From: an uncultured Ruficoccus sp.
GTDB taxonomy: Bacteria > Verrucomicrobiota > Verrucomicrobiia > Opitutales > Cerasicoccaceae
Assembly: GCA_965140785.1 (NCBI GenBank)
Contig: OZ223519.1
Coordinates: 256,001-320,000 of the forward strand
Direction of reading: 5' to 3'
Length of the DNA stretch: 64,000 nt
Each line of letters starts with the position of its first letter. The first letter of the stretch is position 1. A model generated the notes under the pieces. The model made no database searches and was not told where the DNA came from. It was given only the letters and a program-made list of their open reading frames with translations. A program made the position numbers and the translations under genes. Positions 28,141 through 46,852 of this stretch are shown piece after piece.

Positions 28141-29439
28141 ATGGACGCAGACAATTTTGGCAAACAGGACGGGATGTTCAGCGGCGAACTGGCCGAGGAA
28201 TCCACGCGGATCAAGATCATCGGGGTCGGCGGCGCTGGCACCAATGCCGTGGACCGGCTCCAGCTCGACCGCAGCGGGTCGGTCAAGCTCGCGGCCATCA
28301 ACACCGATGCGCAGGCGCTGGCCAGCTCCCCTCTGCCGGAGAAGCTCATGATCGGCCGCAAGGTGACACGCGGTCTCAGCACCGGGGGCGAAGGCGAGCT
28401 GGGCAAGAAGGCCGCCGAGGCCGACGCCGACGGCATTCGCAATCTGCTGCGTGGGATGGACATGATCTTTCTGCTGGCCGGGCTGGGCGGGGGAACCGGC
28501 AGCGGTGCCGCCCCGGTCGTGGCCAAGCTGGCCGCCGAAGAGGGCGCGCTCGTCATCGCTTTTGTCACGCTGCCTTTTACCATCGAGGGGGCCAAGCGCC
28601 ACCAGCAAGCCGAGGACGCCCTGGGCGACTTGCGCAAGAGCTGCGACGCGGTGATTCCGCTCCCCAACGACCTGCTCATGCAGATGCTCGACGACAAGGC
28701 CACCGTGCTCGACGCCTTCACCCAGGCCGACATCTGGATTGACCGTGGCGTGCGCTCGATCTGCACCATGCTTTCGCAGACCGGCCTGATCAACCTCGAC
28801 TTCGCCACGCTGCGCAAGGCCTTCTGCAACCAGGGGGGCAAGACGCTCTTCGGGCTCGGCCACGGCGAGGGCGAGGACTACGTGGCCGCCGCCATTGAGG
28901 ATTTAAAAGCCTGCCCGCTGCTCAATCTGCCCGAGTACGCCCGCAAGGCCGACCGCCTGCTGGTCAATATCGTCGGCGGGACGGATCTGGGCATCCGCCA
29001 GGTCAACGAGATCATGAGCGTGGTGACGGAGAAGTTCGGCAGCCGCGAGAACACGATTCTGGGGGCGGTCATCGACGAGAGCCACCAGCGGCGGGTGGAT
29101 ATCTGCGTCATCGGCACCACCGATGTCGCCGGGAGTCGCTACGTGCGCACGGTCACGCGCCAGCCTGCTGCCGCCCCTGCCTCCGCTCCGGTGGAGGACG
29201 AAGAGGCCGACGAACCCGTCCTGCGCACCGCATCGGCCACCCAGAACGTGCATCCCGTCCACCGCTCCAAGCTGAAGAAGTCCCAGTCCCAGGCCGACGC
29301 GGAGTCCCAGGAGGAGTTCATGTTCGTTTCCGAGGAGGAGCAGCGCGGATATTTTGATAAAACCGAGCGCAATATCTACGAAGGTGAAGATCTGGACGTG
29401 CCGACCTTCATGCGCCGGGGCGTGCGTATCGCCGTTTAG
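28141..29439 (+). CDS. ftsZ: Cell-division protein FtsZ
   Basis: GVGGAGTN, NTD, GGGTGSG tubulin signature, INLDFA, C-terminal LDVPTFMR. Confidence 0.96.
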   Translation: MDADNFGKQDGMFSGELAEESTRIKIIGVGGAGTNAVDRLQLDRSGSVKLAAINTDAQALASSPLPEKLMIGRKVTRGLSTGGEGELGKKAAEADADGIRNLLRGMDMIFLLAGLGGGTGSGAAPVVAKLAAEEGALVIAFVTLPFTIEGAKRHQQAEDALGDLRKSCDAVIPLPNDLLMQMLDDKATVLDAFTQADIWIDRGVRSICTMLSQTGLINLDFATLRKAFCNQGGKTLFGLGHGEGEDYVAAAIEDLKACPLLNLPEYARKADRLLVNIVGGTDLGIRQVNEIMSVVTEKFGSRENTILGAVIDESHQRRVDICVIGTTDVAGSRYVRTVTRQPAAAPASAPVEDEEADEPVLRTASATQNVHPVHRSKLKKSQSQADAESQEEFMFVSEEEQRGYFDKTERNIYEGEDLDVPTFMRRGVRIAV

Positions 29440-29595
29440 GCACACAGCTTTGTCTTGATGGCCAGCGCGTTGCGCATTATGGCGTAAGGTCGATTGATGG
29501 CTCCTAACGCTTTTTTAGAATGAATATAAATAAAGGGCTTCCGGCCCTTGCCAAGCGATGGGGATGGCCGCATATTTGAGGAAAGCTTTTTTTCC

Positions 29596-30027
29596 ATGCC
29601 ACACGACAAGCCCCGTATAGACGACGCCATTGATATTTTGCGCCGTGAGCATTACCGAATCACCGAGCCGCGCAAGGCCATGCTGGCCGTACTCGTCGAA
29701 GAATCCAAGCCGCTCTCTGCCGAGCAGGTCCACCAGATGGTGGGCGCTGAGAAGGCCGATCTGGTCACCGTTTACCGCAGCCTGGAGGCCTTCGAGAAGG
29801 CAGGGATCGTGCAGCGCTTCAACCTCGAGTCCGGCAAGGCGCTCTACGAACTGGTGGAGGAGAACCACCACTACCACCACATTATCTGCCGCAAGTGCCA
29901 CCGGGCCGAGAAGCTCGACTTCTGTGAGGCCGAAAAGCTCGAAGCCCTGGCCAAGAATCTCGGCTACGAGGATGTCAACCACGTGCTCGAACTCTACGGC
30001 GTGTGCGAGGATTGCCGCGGCCACTAG
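29596..30027 (+). CDS. Fur-family metalloregulator
   Basis: RITEPR, TVYRSL, HHYHHIICRKC, CEDC. Confidence 0.9.
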   Translation: MPHDKPRIDDAIDILRREHYRITEPRKAMLAVLVEESKPLSAEQVHQMVGAEKADLVTVYRSLEAFEKAGIVQRFNLESGKALYELVEENHHYHHIICRKCHRAEKLDFCEAEKLEALAKNLGYEDVNHVLELYGVCEDCRGH

Positions 30028-30170
30028 GCCGTGACCTGAGCAGGTTTGCGGACAGTGCCTAGGCCGGCAAGGGTGTCCTTGGCGCGGCAAATAACCGGGC
30101 CACAAACTGGGCGCGCTTGTCTTTTAACATTGTCCAGCCAGTGGGGTGGAGCTAGGGATGTTGGCCGACC

Positions 30171-30524
30171 ATGATCGCCCCGAAGGAAGCTTTTAGGAAG
30201 AAGCAGCCGCCGCGTTTCCGCGTCGGCCAAGTGGTGCGGCATACCCGCTACGGTTATCGTGGGGTGGTGGTCGCTTTCGATCATACCTGCCAGGCTTCGG
30301 AGGCCTGGTACATGCACAACCAGACCCAACCGGAGCGCAAGCAGCCCTGGTACCACGTGCTGGTGGACGGCTCGACGTACTCCACCTATGCGGCCCAGAC
30401 GAGCCTGACCGAGGACGACTCGGGAGAGTGCATCATCCACCCGTGGACGGAGTTGTACTTTTCCGACTTCGACAACGGTCGCTATACCCGCAACAAGACA
30501 CCCTGGCCCCACGGGGCTCCGTGA
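30171..30524 (+). CDS. hspQ: Heat shock protein HspQ (YccV-like)
   Basis: FRVGQVVRH..YGYRGVV and QPWYHVLV motifs. Confidence 0.88.
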   Translation: MIAPKEAFRKKQPPRFRVGQVVRHTRYGYRGVVVAFDHTCQASEAWYMHNQTQPERKQPWYHVLVDGSTYSTYAAQTSLTEDDSGECIIHPWTELYFSDFDNGRYTRNKTPWPHGAP

Positions 30525-30628
30525 GGTTGTTTGGATAGCGGCATCCGGGACAGGAGCCTTTCTAGCTCCGATGGGACGAAGCTTCATCCGGATATGAGCG
30601 AGTATCCAGGGTACTTGGCATGCCCGGC

Positions 30629-31639
30629 CTAGGAGCCTTCGACCGGCTCGATCACGATGATGGGCGGCGGGGAGTTCTGCTCGGGGTGAGTGGCGGTACC
30701 GGATTGAGCGGGTGGGCTACCGGGGCCGTTCAGTGCCTGGTCGAGCGCGGCTTCCAGCTCGTATTCTTCGAGCAGGGCGGTCACTTCGGGGTCCTGGGCG
30801 AGCGTGAGAATACGGGGGTGACTCATCAACCGGTGAATGTCCCGCTCCTCGGCCAGGGTGGCGATTTCCTCGTCGGCCAGGAGTTCCTTGACCTGCGGAT
30901 CGTCGAGCAGCCGGCGGGTTTCGGGCTGATTGGTCATGCGCTGGAGCGCCGCCGGGTCGCTCAAGACACGGATCATCTTGTCGGTGAGGCGGTAGGTCTT
31001 GTCCGGTACCGGATCGATTTTGGCGATGGCGCCTTCGCCGGGCAGGGTTTCCAGGGAGGAGTTGAGCCGGACGATCCAAGCCAGCGAATCCAGCGCGAGC
31101 TGGGTTTCGGCGGGTATCTCAAGCGAGTCCTCCTCCTGCGAACGGGTTTCCAGCAGCGGGCCGTATCCCCGGATGAAGCTTTCCCCGAGATGGCCCACGA
31201 TGCGAATCATGACCAGGATGAGCAGCACGCTGAGCAGGCCCAGCACCAGACCGGCAACGGCACCGCCGATGCCGACCATGCGCTTGAGCTCGGGGTCCTC
31301 AACCTTGCGGGTGGGGCGAAAGACGATCATCCCGATCAGGCTGAAAACCACGCTGAAAAGTACGAAGCCGCCGAAGCCGCCGATGACCCGCAGAACGGCG
31401 GGCGGGTAGGACAGAAACTGTCCGGCCAGCATACCCCAGAAATCCGCCGCGAAGTAACCGACGCATACCCCGCCGATCAGAGCGATGACGCCGAAGCTCT
31501 TGCGGCCCAGCCCTTCGCGGCGTCCGTCCCAGATGCTCAGGATAATAAAGAGGGCGCACAGCGCGAGAAAGCCGATGCGCAGGTTGGGGTTGGCGGACAG
31601 ATCCGGCATCTGCCAAGCCAGAGAAACGGGGGAAATCAT
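30629..31639 (-). CDS. CvpA-family membrane protein with a C-terminal soluble domain
   Basis: Four N-terminal TM helices with G..GLG and GG..GLV patterns, then a helical domain. Start uncertain (31639 or 31609). Confidence 0.65.
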   Translation of the reverse strand: MISPVSLAWQMPDLSANPNLRIGFLALCALFIILSIWDGRREGLGRKSFGVIALIGGVCVGYFAADFWGMLAGQFLSYPPAVLRVIGGFGGFVLFSVVFSLIGMIVFRPTRKVEDPELKRMVGIGGAVAGLVLGLLSVLLILVMIRIVGHLGESFIRGYGPLLETRSQEEDSLEIPAETQLALDSLAWIVRLNSSLETLPGEGAIAKIDPVPDKTYRLTDKMIRVLSDPAALQRMTNQPETRRLLDDPQVKELLADEEIATLAEERDIHRLMSHPRILTLAQDPEVTALLEEYELEAALDQALNGPGSPPAQSGTATHPEQNSPPPIIVIEPVEGS

Positions 31640-31795
31640 AGGTTTTCATCTATCATATGGAGGGAAATTGCCAACTTTTTAGCGGCGTTATTTTGCGCGC
31701 ACGTATTCGCGGGGCACCTTCGCCCGGAGGGAAAATTAATCCGGTTTGCGAACCGACGGCTTGCGGCGGGGGCGGGTTGCCGCTTGCATGGAGCT

Positions 31796-32245
31796 ATGAA
31801 TTTACGTGAGTTCGGGGAAGTTTTGGAGCTGTCCGTCAGCCCGTCCATTATCATTTCGGCCTGCGGGTTGCTTATGCTCAGTATGACGAACCGCTTCGGG
31901 CGGGCCATTGACCGGGCGCGCCTGCTGGTGCGCGAGCGGCCCCACGCCGAGGGCGCCACCCTGAAAAGCATCCTCGCGCAAATGGACATCCTGCGCCAGC
32001 GGACCCGCATCATCCGCACCTGTATTTTCTGCGCTTCGTTCTGCATTCTGTTCACCGCGCTGGAGATGCTCACGCTCTTCGTCTGTGCCGTGACGGGCTT
32101 CGACAACGGGGTCTTCGCCGGGTTGCTCAACATCCTCTCGCTGGTGTGCCTGTGCCTGGCCATGGTGTACTTTATCTTGGACATCTCGCGTTCGCTGGAG
32201 GCCATGCAGGCCGATCTCGACCGGGATGTGCCGCCGGTGCCCTGA
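31796..32245 (+). CDS. DUF2721-like membrane protein
   Basis: SVSPSIIISACGLLMLSMTNRFGRAIDRAR plus two more TM helices; ATG at 31796. Confidence 0.8.
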   Translation: MNLREFGEVLELSVSPSIIISACGLLMLSMTNRFGRAIDRARLLVRERPHAEGATLKSILAQMDILRQRTRIIRTCIFCASFCILFTALEMLTLFVCAVTGFDNGVFAGLLNILSLVCLCLAMVYFILDISRSLEAMQADLDRDVPPVP

Positions 32246-32339
32246 GGTATTGAAGGCCGCGGCGCAGGGTGGGGGCGTGATCGCGTGAAAAACGGTTTGC
32301 CAAACGCCCGGTGGGGGGGCACCCTAGCCGTTTTTTCCC

Positions 32340-33854
32340 ATGAGCGAAGGACAGACAGACAAGACGAGCGATCTTATTGCCGTGCGCCGCAAGAAGCTGG
32401 CGGACATGCGGGAGCAGGGGACTGACCCCTTCCGCGCCAACTGGGACCAGACGCATACTTCCAAAACTGCGCTGGCCGCCTACGACGAGTTCGAAAAAAC
32501 GCTCCCGCCCGCCGAGTCCGAGGACGCCCACGCTCCCGACGGGCCCGAAGTTTCCGTGGCCGGGCGCATCGTGACCTTCCGCCTCATGGGCAAGGCCAGC
32601 TTCGTCAAGATCCTCGACCGCGACGGGCTGATCCAGCTCTACGTCCAGCGCGACGCGCTGCCCGAGGGCCTGTACAACGGCGAGTTCAAGAAGCTCGATC
32701 TGGGTGACATCATCGGCGTGCGCGGCCCGCTCTTCCGCACCAAGACCGGCGAGGTCACCGTGCGCGTGCAGGACTACAAGCTCGTTTCGAAGGCCCTGCG
32801 CCCGCTTCCGGAGAAATTTCACGGCATTACCGACAGCGAGCAGATTTACCGCCAGCGCTACCTCGACCTGATCTCCAATCACGAGTCCCGCGAGCGTTTC
32901 ATCACGCGCAGTAAGATTATTCAGGAGATCCGCAAGTATCTGTGGGGAAAGGATTTTCTCGAAGTCGAGACGCCCAGCCTGCACGGTGTGGCCGGCGGGG
33001 CCGCCGCCCGGCCCTTTATCACGCATTTTAACGCGCTGGACTGCGACTTTTACCTGCGTATCGCCCTGGAGCTGCACCTGAAGCGCCTCCTGGTGGGCGG
33101 CTTCGACCGGGTCTTCGAGCTGGGCCGCGTCTTCCGCAACGAGGGCATCTCCCGCCGCCACAACCCGGAGTTTACCATGCTCGAGGTCTATCAGGCCTAC
33201 ACGGACCACCGGGGTATGATGAAGCTCATCCACGGGCTCCTGCACCATATCTGTGAGAACGTTCTGGGCACCTACCAGATCGAGCGCGCCGACGACGGCG
33301 TGGTGATCGACCTCTCCGGCGACTGGCGCGAGGTCGAGTACTCCACGTTGATCAAGGAAACGACCGGCGATGCAGACTGGTTCAGCCGCTCCCGCGAGGA
33401 CAAGCTGGCCGCCACACAGAAGTTCGGCATCGAGGTCAACCCCGAGGCCGCCGACTACGAGATCACGCAGGATGTTTACGAGAAGATGATCGAGCCCAAG
33501 CTCATCCAGCCGACCTTCGTCACCCGCATCCCGAAGGAGCTGATCCCGCTGGCCAAGCTCAACGCAAGCAACGACGGCACCCTGGATATTTTTGAGCTGG
33601 CCATCAACGGGCAGGAAATCGCCCCGGCTTACTCCGAGCAGAACGACCCGATCCTCCAGCGCGAGATGCTGGAGGCGCAGGTCGGAGAGGAGAAGCAGAA
33701 CCTCGACGAGGACTTCCTCGTGGCCCTCGAGCACGGCATGCCGCCCGCCGGCGGGATGGGCGTCGGCATCGATCGCTTAATTATCCTGTTGACGGGTGCC
33801 GCTAATATCCGCGATACGATTCTGTTTCCGGCCTTGCGTCCGGAAAAAAGCTGA
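32340..33854 (+). CDS. lysS: Lysine--tRNA ligase (class II)
   Basis: RQRYLDL, GGAAARPF, FRNEG, HNPEFT, GMPPAGGMGVGIDR. Confidence 0.98.
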   Translation: MSEGQTDKTSDLIAVRRKKLADMREQGTDPFRANWDQTHTSKTALAAYDEFEKTLPPAESEDAHAPDGPEVSVAGRIVTFRLMGKASFVKILDRDGLIQLYVQRDALPEGLYNGEFKKLDLGDIIGVRGPLFRTKTGEVTVRVQDYKLVSKALRPLPEKFHGITDSEQIYRQRYLDLISNHESRERFITRSKIIQEIRKYLWGKDFLEVETPSLHGVAGGAAARPFITHFNALDCDFYLRIALELHLKRLLVGGFDRVFELGRVFRNEGISRRHNPEFTMLEVYQAYTDHRGMMKLIHGLLHHICENVLGTYQIERADDGVVIDLSGDWREVEYSTLIKETTGDADWFSRSREDKLAATQKFGIEVNPEAADYEITQDVYEKMIEPKLIQPTFVTRIPKELIPLAKLNASNDGTLDIFELAINGQEIAPAYSEQNDPILQREMLEAQVGEEKQNLDEDFLVALEHGMPPAGGMGVGIDRLIILLTGAANIRDTILFPALRPEKS

Positions 33855-33969
33855 TTATCGTTCTTTTCTTTCTCCCCGCACAAAAAAACTGAAAAAACCT
33901 GCAGATAAAGTGTTGACTGTGGATTTTTCGGTGCGCAATGTCTTGCCCTTCATTTTTCCCCTTGTGCGG

Positions 33970-34045
33970 GCCCCGGTAGCTCAGTCGGCAGAGCGCGTCC
34001 TTGGTAAGGACGAGGTCGGCGGTTCGAATCCGCTCTGGGGCTCCA
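33970..34045 (+). tRNA. tRNA-Thr(GGT)
   Basis: Cloverleaf with anticodon arm cgtcc-ttGGTaa-ggacg, GGTTCGAATCC and encoded CCA. Confidence 0.96.
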
Positions 34046-34072
34046 GCATATCTTCAAACACTCAACATCAAC

Positions 34073-35264
<1,192 letters not shown>

Positions 35265-35290
35265 GGACGCAACCGCGTCTGAACTTTTTC

Positions 35291-35325
35291 GCCGGGGCCC
35301 TTGAAAAAGGGTTCCCGGCTTCTTC
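35291..35325 (+). terminator. Hairpin after tuf (possible terminator or processing site)
   Basis: gccggggccc-ttgaaaaa-gggttcccggc followed by ttctt. Confidence 0.45.
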
Positions 35326-35356
35326 ATTAACAGAAAGACAGGCAATTTTTAAGCGT

Positions 35357-35432
35357 AGGGCGGTAGTTCAATTGGTAGAGCAGCGGTCTCCAAAACCGCA
35401 AGTTGGGGGTTCGAATCCCTCCCGCCCTGCCA
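35357..35432 (+). tRNA. tRNA-Trp(CCA)
   Basis: Cloverleaf with anticodon arm gcggt-ctCCAaa-accgc and encoded CCA end; canonical position before secE. Confidence 0.96.
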
Positions 35433-35544
35433 GCTTAGGGCTGGCCTATCCTGATTCGAACACGATTCTCTGAGCCCTTGCTTAATACTGTTGCCGTTTT
35501 TTACCGAAGATTTTTTGACCCGCTAACGCTTGAGCATTTAACCC

Positions 35545-35760
35545 ATGGCCAATCCTTTTTCCAAAATCCGCCTCTTCTTTCAAGAGACCGTGACCGAGGT
35601 CTTCAAGAAGTCGGTTTGGCCGAACTTCAAGGAGCTGAAGGAACTGACCGCCGTGGTCATCATCGCCATTGTCATCCTCGGGGTGTACATCGCGGTGGTT
35701 GACTTCGCGAACTTCAACTTTGTCGCTTTTTTCAGCGACCTCGTCCGCGGCAACAGCTGA
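35545..35760 (+). CDS. secE: Preprotein translocase subunit SecE
   Basis: FFQETVTEVFKKSVWP plus a single TM; before nusG. Confidence 0.92.
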   Translation: MANPFSKIRLFFQETVTEVFKKSVWPNFKELKELTAVVIIAIVILGVYIAVVDFANFNFVAFFSDLVRGNS

Positions 35761-35785
35761 GCTCCGCCACTCCACAACTCTGCCC

Positions 35786-36370
35786 ATGACCAGCACCTCA
35801 TCACTTGCCGGTTTGCACTGGTACGCCGTTCACACCCTCTCTAACATGGAGGGGAAGGTTAAGCGCTACCTCGACAAGTTCATCGAAGTCGAGGAGATGG
35901 GTGACTTTATCGAGGAGGTTCTCATGCCGACCGAGACAGTCACCGAGGTCAAGAACGGCAAAAAGAGCCAGAAAACCCGCAAGCTCTATCCCGGCTACCT
36001 GTACATCCGCATGCGCATGTACGACGAGTACGGCAAACTGCTGCACAAACCCTGGTACTTCGTCAAGAGCATCCAGGGCGTCATCGGTTTCCTCGGGGGC
36101 GAAGACGACCGGCCCACGCCGCTCAAGCAGAGTGAGGTCAACACCATCCTCGACCAGGTCAAGGCCGCCGAGGGTGTCGAGAAGCCCAAGATCACCTACG
36201 GAGTGGGTGAAGAGGTCAAAATCACCGACGGTCCGTTCCTCAACCTCATCGGCAAGATCGATGAGGTCGATCCGGAGCGCGGCCGCCTCAAAGTTTCCGT
36301 TTCCATCTTTGGCCGGTTCACCCCGGTCGATCTGGAATACTGGCAAGTCGAACGAGCGGAAGAGTCTTAA
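35786..36370 (+). CDS. nusG: Transcription factor NusG
   Basis: WYAVHT, YPGY, KOW ITDGPF, IFGRFTPV. Confidence 0.96.
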   Translation: MTSTSSLAGLHWYAVHTLSNMEGKVKRYLDKFIEVEEMGDFIEEVLMPTETVTEVKNGKKSQKTRKLYPGYLYIRMRMYDEYGKLLHKPWYFVKSIQGVIGFLGGEDDRPTPLKQSEVNTILDQVKAAEGVEKPKITYGVGEEVKITDGPFLNLIGKIDEVDPERGRLKVSVSIFGRFTPVDLEYWQVERAEES

Positions 36371-36403
36371 ATCAAGACGGCTCGCTAACACCGCATATAT
36401 ACC

Positions 36404-36829
36404 ATGGCTAAAAAAGTAGTAGGAACCGTACGCTTACAGCTGCCCGCTGGCGCGGCCAACCCGGCACCGCCGGTTGGTCCGGCCCTCGGTGCTGCCGGGG
36501 TCAACATCATGGCCTTCTGTAAGGAATTCAACGCCAAGACCAAGGGCGAGGCCGGCATGATTCTGCCGGTCGTCATCACCGTTTACGCCGACCGGTCTTT
36601 TACCTTCATCACGAAGAGCCCGCCCGCTCCGATTCTGCTGAAGAAGGCCGCTGGCATCGCCAAGGCCTCCGGCACCCCCAACAAGGAAAAAGTTGGCAAG
36701 GTGACCCGTAAGCAGATCCTGGAGATCGTCGAAATCAAAAAGAATGACCTCAACGCCTCGAACCCCGACCACGCCGTGCGCATGATCGAGGGGACTGCCC
36801 GCTCCATGGGCATTGAGGTCGTTGACTAA
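36404..36829 (+). CDS. rplK: 50S ribosomal protein L11
   Basis: [19 protein letters not shown]. Confidence 0.98.
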   Translation: MAKKVVGTVRLQLPAGAANPAPPVGPALGAAGVNIMAFCKEFNAKTKGEAGMILPVVITVYADRSFTFITKSPPAPILLKKAAGIAKASGTPNKEKVGKVTRKQILEIVEIKKNDLNASNPDHAVRMIEGTARSMGIEVVD

Positions 36830-36846
36830 CCCGGTAGGAGGACAGG

Positions 36847-37542
36847 ATGAGCAAAATCAGCAAACGCATGCAATCCGCCACACAGGCCGGAGATCTGAGC
36901 ACGGTATATGGACTGCAGGACGCCATTGAGCTTCTGCAGAAGATGCCCGCCGCCAAGTTCGACGAAACCGTGGAAATTTACGCCCGTCTGGGCGTCAACC
37001 CGAAGCAGTCCGACCAGATGGTCCGCGGCACCGTTTCCCTGCCCAACGGCAGCGGTAAGAAAGTGACCGTCGCCGTCTTCACCGAGGACGCTCAGGCCGC
37101 CCTGGACGCTGGTGCCGAACACGCCGGTCTGGATGACCTGATCGCCAAGGTCAACGAAGGCTGGATGGACTTCGACGTCGCCATCGCCACCCCTTCTGCT
37201 ATGAAGGAAGTGCGCAAGATCGCCCGTGTGCTCGGCCCCCGCGGCCTCATGCCGAACCCCAAGTCCGGCACCGTGACCGAGGACATCGCCAGCGGTATTC
37301 AGGAAGTCAAGGCCGGTCGCGTCGAGTACAAGATGGACAAAACTGCCAACCTCGCCGTCGTCGTGGGCAAGCGCTCCTTCAGCGTTGAGCAGTTGGTCGA
37401 AAACGCCACCACCGCGCTGGACACTATCGCCAAGTCCCGCCCCGAATCCTTCAAGGGCGGCGCCTTCATCAAGAGCGTCACCATCAGCTCGACCATGAGC
37501 CCCGGTGTGAAGGTCGATCCCAAAACCCTCAGCCTCAACTAA
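36847..37542 (+). CDS. rplA: 50S ribosomal protein L1
   Basis: KFDETVE, LGPRGLMPNPKSGT, STMSPG. Confidence 0.98.
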   Translation: MSKISKRMQSATQAGDLSTVYGLQDAIELLQKMPAAKFDETVEIYARLGVNPKQSDQMVRGTVSLPNGSGKKVTVAVFTEDAQAALDAGAEHAGLDDLIAKVNEGWMDFDVAIATPSAMKEVRKIARVLGPRGLMPNPKSGTVTEDIASGIQEVKAGRVEYKMDKTANLAVVVGKRSFSVEQLVENATTALDTIAKSRPESFKGGAFIKSVTISSTMSPGVKVDPKTLSLN

Positions 37543-37547
37543 GCGCC

Positions 37548-38069
37548 ATGAGACCCGAAAAACAGTTTCTCGTCGATGAGGTGAACCAACACCTCGACAA
37601 GTCGGAGTACGTCTTTTTGACGGACTTCAGCCGACTCAACGTGGAAGACACGGCTGAACTGCGTGGCCTCCTGGCCGCCAAGGACGCCGAGTTTCACGTC
37701 GTCAAAAACAACATCTTCAAGGTCGCTTCCCGCGCCCGTGAGCTGCCCGTGGACGAGTCCGTCCTCAACGGCCAGACCGCGATCGTGGTCGGCGGGCCCA
37801 ATCCCTCCGAAGTCGCCAAGGTCCTTTTCAAGTTCTTCAAGGACAAGGAAAAGGTCGAGGTCAAGACCGGCATTCTCGGAGACAAGGCCCTGACCCGCGA
37901 GGAAGTCGAAGCCCTCTCCAAGCTCCCGAGCCTGGAAGCCCTCCGCAGCCAGCTGCTGGGTCTGTTCACGCAGCCGGGTACGCAGATGGTCCGCGTCCTC
38001 ATCGCCGGTCCGCAGGACTTCGTCAACGTCCTGCAGGCCAAGGTCCGCGCCGAAGGCGGCGAAGCATAA
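37548..38069 (+). CDS. rplJ: 50S ribosomal protein L10
   Basis: VVKNN, LSKLPS; canonical position. Confidence 0.95.
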   Translation: MRPEKQFLVDEVNQHLDKSEYVFLTDFSRLNVEDTAELRGLLAAKDAEFHVVKNNIFKVASRARELPVDESVLNGQTAIVVGGPNPSEVAKVLFKFFKDKEKVEVKTGILGDKALTREEVEALSKLPSLEALRSQLLGLFTQPGTQMVRVLIAGPQDFVNVLQAKVRAEGGEA

Positions 38070-38185
38070 TCTCACCTTTCCATTCCGGAAAACACCCAAC
38101 AACGTAAAGATACACAGAGTATCCAATGAACCGTGCAGGGGGGCATCCGCCCCTTAAACCGCCACCTGTCATTCAAGGAAACATC

Positions 38186-38572
38186 ATGAGCGACATCACC
38201 AAGGAACAAGTCATCGACTGGCTCTCCGGCCAGTCCGTTCTCGAAATTGCAGGCCTCGTCAAGGATCTGGAAGAAAAGTGGGGCGTCAGCGCCGCTGCTC
38301 CGGTCGCTGTGGCTGCTGGTCCCGCCGCTGGCGGCGAAGCTGCTGCTCCTGCCGAGGAGAAAACCGAATTCGACGTCATCCTGAAGGCTGCCGGCGGCAA
38401 CAAGATTGCTGTCATTAAGGAAGTCCGTGCCATCACCGGCCTCGGTCTGAAAGAAGCCAAGGAACTGGTCGAAGGTGCCCCGAAGCCCGTCAAGGAAGCC
38501 GTCTCCAAGGAAGAAGCGGCCGATCTTGAAAAGAAGCTCAAGGACGCCGGCGCCGAAGTCGAAGTTAAGTAA
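38186..38572 (+). CDS. rplL: 50S ribosomal protein L7/L12
   Basis: [23 protein letters not shown] at 38186. Confidence 0.98.
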   Translation: MSDITKEQVIDWLSGQSVLEIAGLVKDLEEKWGVSAAAPVAVAAGPAAGGEAAAPAEEKTEFDVILKAAGGNKIAVIKEVRAITGLGLKEAKELVEGAPKPVKEAVSKEEAADLEKKLKDAGAEVEVK

Positions 38573-38627
38573 ATTACGTTTATCGACGATAACGAAATTG
38601 CTAACAACGCTTTCTAATCCGTGGAAA

Positions 38628-38670
38628 AGCGGGCCCGCCTTTGGCGGGTCCGCTCTCTGCGTTTTTTATT
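38628..38670 (+). terminator. Attenuator/terminator hairpin between rplL and rpoB
   Basis: agcgggcccgcc-ttt-ggcgggtccgct followed by a T-rich tract. Confidence 0.65.
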
Positions 38671-38780
38671 CTATCCAATTAAACGCTGATCTTCACCGGC
38701 ACTGTCCGGCCCCGGCAAGGGTGGGGCAGTCCCGGTGGCGATGAGCACGCCACAGAATTAACAAGCATCCAGGCAGAACC

Positions 38781-42569
<3,789 letters not shown>

Positions 42570-42592
42570 GCACAAGAAGGAGACACACAGCA

Positions 42593-46753
<4,161 letters not shown>

Positions 46754-46775
46754 GCGTTCTCCCGCAAGTTTTTAC

Positions 46776-46807
46776 AAAGGCCGGTCTCAATGACCGGCCT
46801 TTTTTTG
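46776..46807 (+). terminator. Intrinsic terminator after rpoC
   Basis: aaaggccggtc-tcaat-gaccggcc followed by a run of T. Confidence 0.9.
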
Positions 46808-46852
46808 TAGCTGGGAACTTACCGGCACGGTGAGAGACTAAAATAGATAGTC

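Noticed and set aside
29440..29595. AT-rich stretch upstream of the Fur-family gene as a Fur/Zur/Per box
   Set aside because: No convincing inverted repeat matching those boxes; the regulator subfamily cannot be assigned from sequence alone.
30530..30610. Imperfect palindrome tggatagcggcatccgg...ccggatatgagcgagtatcca
   Set aside because: Weak pairing, single occurrence; plausibly just a terminator between convergent genes.
30620..31795. Long N-terminal part of the 541-aa + strand ORF
   Set aside because: Antisense to the cvpA-like gene; only 31796-32245 looks like a real protein.
34001..34072. Extra N-terminal residues of the first tuf ORF
   Set aside because: Overlap tRNA-Thr; the real start is ATG 34073 (MAKETF).
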